UHGV virus genome: UHGV-1517735
Direction: 5' to 3' (one strand)
DNA: 20,725 nucleotides
Source: a virus
Below are positions 14,745 to 20,725 of this stretch, piece by piece; the stretch's first letter is position 1, and each line of letters begins with the position of its first letter. Under the pieces are notes generated by a model. The model saw only the letters and a program-made list of their open reading frames with translations. It was not told the DNA's origin and did not search any database. The translations under genes and the position numbers were made by a program.

Positions 14745-14821
14745 TGGCGTGGCATGCAGGATTCGAACCTGCGACCAACCGCTTAGAAGGCGGTTGCTCT
14801 GTCCAACTGAGCTAATGCCAC
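14745..14821 (-). tRNA. tRNA-Arg, anticodon UCU (argU-like, phage-borne)
   Basis: 77-nt cloverleaf read on the minus strand: acceptor GTGGCAT/ATGCCAC, D-stem GCTC/GAGC, anticodon stem ACCGC/GCGGT with loop CUUCUAA, T-stem GCAGG/CCTGC with TTCGAAT loop, encoded CCA. Confidence 0.92.
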
Positions 14822-15143
14822 AACGCTGAGAGCACTTAGCCTGTTAAGGCGCCACACTTTGTCGCGGCTCCATAAATGCTCTCATCGTTGTACCCTCGTC
14901 TCTTCCGAGGCGTCACACCGAATCGCCGGGATGGTGAATCCCCGTGCGCGGAATAAAACCGCTCGACTTGCACATTCCGGCTACCTGGTTCGTTTGCCCG
15001 AGCAAGGGAGGGTGCCCCTTAAACGTATCCAGACCGCTATCGGCGCATGTGCCAGACGCCGTACTGCTCAAAATAAAAGCTCACTCCACCTGTTCAATTT
15101 AACGACAAGCCAGTCAGGTTAGTAACCGGAATGAACTCTTTGG

Positions 15144-15158
15144 TTACCTGAAAGGTAA
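15144..15158. promoter_or_regulatory. Operator-like palindrome TTACC-TGAAA-GGTAA upstream of the head module
   Basis: Perfect match to the recurring palindrome; intergenic. Confidence 0.5.
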
Positions 15159-15248
15159 TAATTTGTGCGTTAAATGTCAACTACCTACGATAAATAAATC
15201 ATATGTGGTTAAATTGGTAATAATTTAATTGCGTACGGAGTCATTGAT

Positions 15249-15455
15249 ATGTGCATGGGTAGCTCACCATCAGTGCCTGCAACACCAGAAGTTCAGGCAG
15301 CACCACAGGAGCAGGATGCCGCCGTTGTTGATGCCCGCGACGAAGAAACTCGTCGCCGTCGCGCTGCTGCTGGTCGTAGTTCTACGCTGCTTACCGGTTC
15401 TCAGGGCGACACATCAACCGCTAATACCAGCGGTAAAACGCTGCTTGGTCAGTAA
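15249..15455 (+). CDS. Small Ala/Gln/Arg-rich protein (68 aa), possibly a virion internal protein
   Basis: RBS CGGAG; begins MCMGSSPS; located directly upstream of the portal gene; loose resemblance from memory to small podovirus internal proteins. Confidence 0.5.
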   Translation: MCMGSSPSVPATPEVQAAPQEQDAAVVDARDEETRRRRAAAGRSSTLLTGSQGDTSTANTSGKTLLGQ

Positions 15456-15469
15456 CCGGAGTCATTGAA

Positions 15470-17149
15470 ATGGCGGAAACAACTAAAGAGCGATTGAACA
15501 AACAGTTCGCACAACTTGAAAGCGAGCGTCAGTCGTTCGAGCCGCACTGGCGCGAGTTGAGTGATTACATCAACCCGCGTGGTTCCCGCTTTCTGACTTC
15601 TGAGGTCAACCGTAACGATCGACGCAATACACGCATTATTGATTCGACCGGGACTATGGCGGCGCGCACTCTCGCCAGCGGCATGATGTCAGGCATCACA
15701 AGCCCCGCGCGTCCGTGGTTTCGCCTGGCTACGCCAGATCCTGAAATGATGGATTATGGCCCTGTTAAGTTGTGGCTTGAGGCGGTGCAGAACCGCATGA
15801 ACGATATGTTCAATAAGTCGAATCTCTATCAGTCGCTGCCGCAGTTATACGGAAGCCTCGGCACATACAGCACTGGCGCAATGGCGGTGCTGGAGGATGA
15901 CGAGGACATCATTCGTACAATGCCATTCCCGATAGGAAGTTACTACCTGGCTAACTCACCTCGTGGCAGTGTGGACACCTGTTTTCGCAAGTTCTCTATG
16001 ACTGTTCGTCAGCTTGTTCAGGAGTTTGGACTAAATAACGTCAGCGAATCCGTAAAAAGCATGTGGGAAAGCGGCACCTACGAGAGGTGGATTGAAGTGA
16101 TGCATTCGGTTTACCCGAACATTGACCGCGATACATCGAAGCTGGATAGCAAGAACAAGCCATTCAAATCGGTTTATTACGAGGTTGGTGGCGATAACGA
16201 CAAGTTGTTGCGTGAGTCCGGATTCGATGAGTTTCCAATTATGGCTCCGCGCTGGGAAGTTAACGGCGAAGATGTTTATGGATCATCATGCCCGGGTATG
16301 CTGGCGCTTGGACCTGTTAAGGCATTGCAGCTTCTCCAGAAGCGCAAGTCGCAGTTGATTGATAAAGCCACCAATCCGCCGATGGTTGCTCCGACTTCCC
16401 TCAAGAATCAGCGCGCCTCCCTTCTTCCTGGCGACATCACGTATATCGATCAGATTACTGGTCAGGATGGTTTCAGGCCTGCTTATCTGGTTAACCCCAG
16501 TACAGCAGATCTGGTAGCAGACATTCAGGACACTCGTCAAATCATTAACAGCGCCTACTTTGTCGATCTGTTCATGATGTTGCAGAACATCAATACCCGC
16601 TCGATGCCTGTTGAAGCGGTGATTGAAATGAAAGAAGAAAAACTTCTGATGTTGGGTCCGGTTCTGGAGCGTCTGAACGACGAATGTCTTAATCCTCTCA
16701 TTGACCGCGCTTTCTCGATGATGGTGCGTAAAAACATGCTGCCGCCACCGCCTGACGCGATGGAAGGTATGCCCCTGAAGGTCGAATACATTTCCGTCAT
16801 GGCTCAGGCGCAGAAGTCTATCGGCCTGTCCAGTCTGGCATCCACGGTCAACTTCATTGGTCAACTTGCGCAAGCGAAACCAGAAGCTCTCGACAAACTC
16901 AACGTTGATCAGGCGATTGATGCATTTGCTGATATGTCCGGTGTGTCTCCAACCGTCATTGTTCCGCAGGAACAGGTTGAGCAGGCTCGCCAGCAACGGG
17001 CACAGCAGCAACAGCAGCAACAAATGATGGCGATGGGGATGGCAGCGGCACAGGGTGCCAAGACGCTAAGCGAAGCTAAAACTTCGGATCCGAGTGTTTT
17101 GTCAGCTATGGCGAATGCAGTTAGTGGTCAGGGGGGGCAATCACAATGA
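15470..17149 (+). CDS. Portal / head-to-tail connector protein
   Basis: 559-aa ORF in the terminase-portal-scaffold-capsid order; Gln/Ala/Met-rich C-terminal tail (QQRAQQQQQQQMMAMGMAAAQG) reminiscent of podovirus connector proteins. Confidence 0.8.
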   Translation: MAETTKERLNKQFAQLESERQSFEPHWRELSDYINPRGSRFLTSEVNRNDRRNTRIIDSTGTMAARTLASGMMSGITSPARPWFRLATPDPEMMDYGPVKLWLEAVQNRMNDMFNKSNLYQSLPQLYGSLGTYSTGAMAVLEDDEDIIRTMPFPIGSYYLANSPRGSVDTCFRKFSMTVRQLVQEFGLNNVSESVKSMWESGTYERWIEVMHSVYPNIDRDTSKLDSKNKPFKSVYYEVGGDNDKLLRESGFDEFPIMAPRWEVNGEDVYGSSCPGMLALGPVKALQLLQKRKSQLIDKATNPPMVAPTSLKNQRASLLPGDITYIDQITGQDGFRPAYLVNPSTADLVADIQDTRQIINSAYFVDLFMMLQNINTRSMPVEAVIEMKEEKLLMLGPVLERLNDECLNPLIDRAFSMMVRKNMLPPPPDAMEGMPLKVEYISVMAQAQKSIGLSSLASTVNFIGQLAQAKPEALDKLNVDQAIDAFADMSGVSPTVIVPQEQVEQARQQRAQQQQQQQMMAMGMAAAQGAKTLSEAKTSDPSVLSAMANAVSGQGGQSQ

Positions 17150-17442
17150 CAGATTACGAAGATGATCAACTGAAAGAAGAAAGCGCCCGTAAGCAACGTG
17201 ACATGGCACAGCGTGAAATTGATGACATTCGCTTTGTCATGAGCAGTGAACAGGGGCGTCGCGTTGTCTGGTCGGTGCTGGAGAAAGGCCGTGTGTTTTC
17301 CGCTATCTCACCGATGGACGCTATGGCAATGGCATTTAATGAGGGGCAACGCAATCTGGCGCTGGAACTGTTTCAGCGCGTTATGGCGCATTGCCCTGAA
17401 CAGTATTTGAAGATGGCCAAAGAGGCCAGTGAACAGGAGTGA
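17146..17442 (+). CDS. Hypothetical head-module protein (98 aa)
   Basis: ATG overlaps portal stop (ATGA); between portal and scaffold. Confidence 0.6.
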   Translation: MTDYEDDQLKEESARKQRDMAQREIDDIRFVMSSEQGRRVVWSVLEKGRVFSAISPMDAMAMAFNEGQRNLALELFQRVMAHCPEQYLKMAKEASEQE

Positions 17443-17444
17443 TC

Positions 17445-18140
17445 ATGAGTTTATTTGAGCGTTTGCTGTATCGCCGTCTTTGCAATGAGCAACCAGTCGA
17501 TGGTGGAGCAGCTCCGGCTGCGTCAGAACCGTCAGCGCCTGCAGGTGATAACCCTGCTCCAGTTGGTGATCCATCACAACAGGAAGGTGATAAGCCACAA
17601 CCTGTTGCTGATGGCGATAAACCTGCTGATGACAAAAAGCCTGAAAACGATAAGCAGGATGAAAAAAAGGACGGCGATAAACCAGAGGGTGCGCCTGAGA
17701 AGTACGAGTTTCAGGCTGCCGAAGGCGTAGAGCTGGATACAGAAGCGTTGAAGGAATTCGAGCCGGTGGCGCGAGAACTTAACCTGACCAACGAGCAAGC
17801 GCAAAAGCTGGTTGATGCTTATCCGAAGATTCTGGCAGGTGTTCAGCAGCGCCAGGCAGAAGCCTGGCAGAAAACGACCGAGCAGTGGGCTGCTGATGTA
17901 AAAGCCGACAAAGAAATCGGTGGCGACAAGTTGATTTCTAACCTTAGCGCCGCACAGCGTGCGCTTGACCAGTTCGGGACACCTGAACTCAAAGAATATC
18001 TGAACACCACCGGGCTGGGTAATCACCCTGACCTGGTCAAAACGTTCGTGAAAATCGGAAAGGCGATGTCTGAAGATGGCATGGTCACCGGTGGTAATGA
18101 AGGCCAGCGTAGTGCGGCCGAAGTGCTCTATGGCAAATAA
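17445..18140 (+). CDS. Putative scaffolding protein
   Basis: RBS AGGAG 5 nt before ATG 17445; disordered Pro/Ala/Asp/Lys-rich N-terminal half and helical C-terminal half; directly upstream of the capsid gene. Confidence 0.6.
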   Translation: MSLFERLLYRRLCNEQPVDGGAAPAASEPSAPAGDNPAPVGDPSQQEGDKPQPVADGDKPADDKKPENDKQDEKKDGDKPEGAPEKYEFQAAEGVELDTEALKEFEPVARELNLTNEQAQKLVDAYPKILAGVQQRQAEAWQKTTEQWAADVKADKEIGGDKLISNLSAAQRALDQFGTPELKEYLNTTGLGNHPDLVKTFVKIGKAMSEDGMVTGGNEGQRSAAEVLYGK

Positions 18141-18154
18141 GAGAGGAAATAACA

Positions 18155-19141
18155 ATGGCTGTTAAAGGCTTAACTGCGCTAACGCTGGCTGACTGGGGTA
18201 AGCGCGTCGATCCAAACGGGAAAGTCGATAAGATTATCGAGCTTCTCGGTCAAACTAACCCGATCCTTCAGGATATGCCTTTTGTCGAAGGGAACCTTCC
18301 TACCGGACACCGAACCACCATTCGTTCTGGTTTACCTTCTGCTACCTGGCGTTTGTTGAACTATGGCGTACAACCAAGCAAATCAACCACAGTGCAGGTC
18401 ACCGATCCCGTTGGCATGTTGGAAACCTATGCTGAAGTCGATAAGTCACTGGCTGATCTGAACGGCAATACCGCCGAATTCCGCCTGTCTGAAGACCGAG
18501 CATTTATTGAAGCGATGAATCAGCAGATGGCGCAGACGCTGTTTTATGGTGATTCCAGCGTTAACCCTCAGCAGTTTATGGGACTGTCCTCCCGCTATTC
18601 CAGCCTGTCTGCGGGTAATGCTCAGAACATCATTGATGCTGGTGGCACGGGTACAGATAACACCTCAATCTGGTTAGTAGTGTGGGGCGAAAACACCGTG
18701 CATGGCATCTTCCCGAAAGGGCAGAAGGCTGGCATTCAGATGGAAGATAAAGGCCAGGTGACACTGGAAGATGCTAATGGCGGCAAGTACGAAGGCTATC
18801 GCACCCATTACAAATGGGACAACGGACTTGCTCTGCGTGACTGGCGTTATGTTGTTCGCATTGCAAACATCGATGTCAGCAATCTTTCAGAACCTTCCTC
18901 TGCCGCAAATATTGCGAAGTTGATGGTTAAAGCACTGCATCGCATTCCAAACCGTGGCATGGGCCGCCCGGTGTTCTACATGAACCGCACTGTAGGCCAG
19001 GCTCTTGATCTGCAGTCTCTGGAGAAAACATCTCTGGCTATCAGCGTAAAAGAGACTGAAGGCGAGTGGTGGACTTCATTCCGTGGTGTACCAATCCGTG
19101 AAACTGATGCGCTTCTGGAAACAGAAGCCCGCGTGGTGTAA
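18155..19141 (+). CDS. Major capsid protein
   Basis: 328-aa ORF with RBS GAGAGGA; follows the scaffold gene; followed by an intercistronic hairpin; call based on position and size, no specific motif recognised. Confidence 0.7.
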   Translation: MAVKGLTALTLADWGKRVDPNGKVDKIIELLGQTNPILQDMPFVEGNLPTGHRTTIRSGLPSATWRLLNYGVQPSKSTTVQVTDPVGMLETYAEVDKSLADLNGNTAEFRLSEDRAFIEAMNQQMAQTLFYGDSSVNPQQFMGLSSRYSSLSAGNAQNIIDAGGTGTDNTSIWLVVWGENTVHGIFPKGQKAGIQMEDKGQVTLEDANGGKYEGYRTHYKWDNGLALRDWRYVVRIANIDVSNLSEPSSAANIAKLMVKALHRIPNRGMGRPVFYMNRTVGQALDLQSLEKTSLAISVKETEGEWWTSFRGVPIRETDALLETEARVV

Positions 19142-19157
19142 CGCCTGTTATTAACCT

Positions 19158-19177
19158 GTGGGTCGTAACAGACCCAC
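19158..19177 (+). promoter_or_regulatory. Intercistronic stem-loop after the capsid gene (no U-tract)
   Basis: GTGGGTC / GACCCAC stem with 6-nt loop between the capsid stop and the next RBS. Confidence 0.4.
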
Positions 19178-19192
19178 TAATGGAGAAAGAAG

Positions 19193-19630
19193 ATGATCAC
19201 CGACAAACTGTTGATGTTCTCCGAAGCACAGGCGGTAACTGATACCGCGGCTTCTACTGACGTAATCGATCTCGGCCCAATTGATGGAAACCGTCGCGAT
19301 ATCGGCGTGGGTTACCCGCTTGAGTTTTGGGCGCTGGTTAACGAAGCCGCCACGGCAAGTGGTGAGGCAACTGTAAACATCCAGTTGCAGACGAGTGAGA
19401 ATAACAGCTCTTGGACCACTATTTATGATAGTGGCGCACTGGCAAAGGCCACCCTGACAGCAGGTAAACGAGTTGTTTCTGCAAAGGTGCCTGCCGGTGT
19501 TCAGCGATATTTGCGTGTTAACTACTCCGTCGCAACTGGCCCACTAACGGCCGGCAAATTCACTGCGGGTATCAGTCTGGATGTTGATGCCAATACACCG
19601 TACCCGATCCGCTCAAAAATAACTGGTTAA
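19193..19630 (+). CDS. Hypothetical head protein (145 aa), possible capsid decoration/accessory protein
   Basis: RBS GGAGAAAG; Thr/Ser/Gly/Ala/Val-rich composition suggestive of a beta-rich surface protein; immediately after the capsid gene. Confidence 0.6.
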   Translation: MITDKLLMFSEAQAVTDTAASTDVIDLGPIDGNRRDIGVGYPLEFWALVNEAATASGEATVNIQLQTSENNSSWTTIYDSGALAKATLTAGKRVVSAKVPAGVQRYLRVNYSVATGPLTAGKFTAGISLDVDANTPYPIRSKITG

Positions 19631-19640
19631 GGTGATATCG

Positions 19641-19976
19641 ATGTCTGGTGAGAAACCAAGATACCGCGTTCTGCGCCTCTCTCATATCCATAACACACTG
19701 TGGACGGAGGGAGCAGAAATCGAATACGAAGGTGAGCCTGGTAGCGCACTGGAACCTGTTAACGATGCAGCCAGACAGGCAAAAGCAAAAGTTGCAGGAA
19801 AGGTGTCAATGGCAGCAACCAGCACCAAAATCATCAACGATGTGTCAGATGATGGTGAACTGGATAAGCTCCGTGAAGAGTACGAATTGCTCTTTAACGA
19901 GAAGCCACACCATAACGCCAAAGCAGAAACGCTCCGCGAGAAGATCGCAGATAAGCGTAAAGAACTGGGCGTGTAA
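19641..19976 (+). CDS. Hypothetical head-module protein (111 aa)
   Basis: ATG 19641 preceded by AAGGTGA; followed by a terminator-like hairpin. Confidence 0.55.
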   Translation: MSGEKPRYRVLRLSHIHNTLWTEGAEIEYEGEPGSALEPVNDAARQAKAKVAGKVSMAATSTKIINDVSDDGELDKLREEYELLFNEKPHHNAKAETLREKIADKRKELGV

Positions 19977-19993
19977 GCCTCGCGAATCAGACA

Positions 19994-20015
19994 AGGGGCT
20001 TCGGCCCCTTTATTG
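19994..20015 (+). terminator. Terminator-like hairpin with weak U-tract
   Basis: AGGGGC / GCCCCT stem with TTCG loop, followed by TTATTG. Confidence 0.45.
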
Positions 20016-20026
20016 CAGGAGTGTAT

Positions 20027-20350
20027 ATGGAACTCGTAAACCTCAAAACCGGCACTGACAGCTACCAGGATGAGAGCGGAGAAACCAGAACTCGCGATGA
20101 ATACCCGTGGGGGCTGTGCATCACTCTTAATAACGACACATTGAATAAGCTGAAGGCGCAACCTCAGGGCGTCGGAACGGAAGTGATGATAACTGCAAAG
20201 GCTGTTATTCGAGGCCTGTCTGCCAGAGAAACTGACGATGGCGTTAATCGCAGCGCCGATCTGCAGATCACTGATATGGCGATCGCTCCTGTTTCCGGGG
20301 ATGTAGAAAAATCAGCGGCTGAAACTCTGTACGGTAACGGAGGTGAGTGA
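20027..20350 (+). CDS. Hypothetical structural protein (107 aa)
   Basis: RBS AGGAG 5 nt before ATG 20027; stop overlaps next start (TGATG). Confidence 0.55.
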   Translation: MELVNLKTGTDSYQDESGETRTRDEYPWGLCITLNNDTLNKLKAQPQGVGTEVMITAKAVIRGLSARETDDGVNRSADLQITDMAIAPVSGDVEKSAAETLYGNGGE

Positions 20351-20725
20351 TGGCCTCTGTAGTAGAGATCTGTAATCGTGCGCTGTCCAATATTGGCAAC
20401 AGCCGCAGCATTAACAGCCTGACGGAAGCCAGCAAGGAAGCGGGGGAATGTTCGCTGCACTTTGAGGCCTGCCGTGATGCTGTGCTTTCTGATTTTGACT
20501 GGAACTTTGCTACCAAACGCGTGGCGCTTGCAGATACGAGCAATCCACCGCCTGACTGGGAATATGCGTACCAGTACCCGTCAGATTGTCTGCGCATTAC
20601 TGAAATTATGCTTCCTGGTGTACGCAATCCAACAGCAGCAATGCGCGTTCAGTACGAAGTTGGTGCAGACACCAACGGAACAGGAAAGTTGATCTACACA
20701 GACCAGCCTCAGGCATGGCTCAAGT
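20350..20725 (+). CDS. Putative head-to-tail adaptor / tail tubular protein A-like (5' part; runs off window end)
   Basis: Hand-translated open frame from ATG 20350 with no stop before 20725: MASVVEICNRALSNIGNSRSINSLTEASKEAGE...; N-terminus resembles podovirus gp11-type adaptors from memory. Confidence 0.5.
   Translation, partial: MASVVEICNRALSNIGNSRSINSLTEASKEAGECSLHFEACRDAVLSDFDWNFATKRVALADTSNPPPDWEYAYQYPSDCLRITEIMLPGVRNPTAAMRVQYEVGADTNGTGKLIYTDQPQAWLK

Larger units (their letters stand above)
1..20725. mobile_element. Temperate phage / prophage segment (lambdoid early and replication modules, podovirus-like head module); element boundaries not visible in window
   Basis: Integrase, excisionase, CI/Cro pair, lambda-P-like gene, terminase, portal and capsid genes in canonical modular order; the same operator palindrome recurs from 136 to 15158. 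Confidence 0.85.

Noticed and set aside
14745-14821. tRNA-Arg as the prophage integration site
   Set aside because: Terminase lies on one side and portal on the other, with the same operator motif on both sides, and int is 14 kb away; the tRNA is internal cargo, not attL/attR.
14859-15122. 87-aa Arg/His-rich plus-strand ORF upstream of the tRNA
   Set aside because: No RBS, biased basic composition, lies in GC-rich DNA that more plausibly serves as tRNA leader or promoter; treated as non-coding.
1-20725. LexA boxes, CRISPR repeats, IS elements or transposases
   Set aside because: No CTGT-N8-ACAG match seen in promoter regions, no regularly spaced direct repeats, no transposase-like ORF; absence judged by eye only.

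Overview
The whole window reads as one contiguous segment of a temperate phage or prophage from an enterobacterial host; neither end of the element is visible. Everything here is read by eye from the sequence and the ORF track, with no database search run. Left to right: a P4-type tyrosine integrase (+); a leftward early operon (5138 down to 1638, minus strand, genes joined by overlapping stop/start codons) carrying small ORFs, a PD-(D/E)XK exonuclease, a RecT-family annealing protein, an AlpA/Xis-like excisionase, a 38-aa membrane peptide and an MT-A70 adenine methyltransferase; an immunity region with a two-HTH CI-like repressor (-) divergent from a Cro-like gene (+); replication genes (initiator with DnaT-like C-terminal domain and internal iteron-like repeats, then a lambda-P-like helicase loader); a seven-gene accessory operon of unknowns in the nin-like position; terminase small and large subunits; a reverse-oriented AT-rich cargo ORF plus a tRNA-Arg(UCU) inserted between terminase and portal; then a head module (portal, scaffold, major capsid, small head proteins, and an adaptor-like gene running off the window end). 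No rRNA, CRISPR array, transposase or IS element was seen. The strongest non-coding signal is a 15-bp palindrome TTACC-N5-GGTAA present 12 times, only in intergenic DNA, in front of almost every transcription unit. The best candidates for undescribed biology are the terminase-portal cargo insertion and the accessory operon at 8699-11850.
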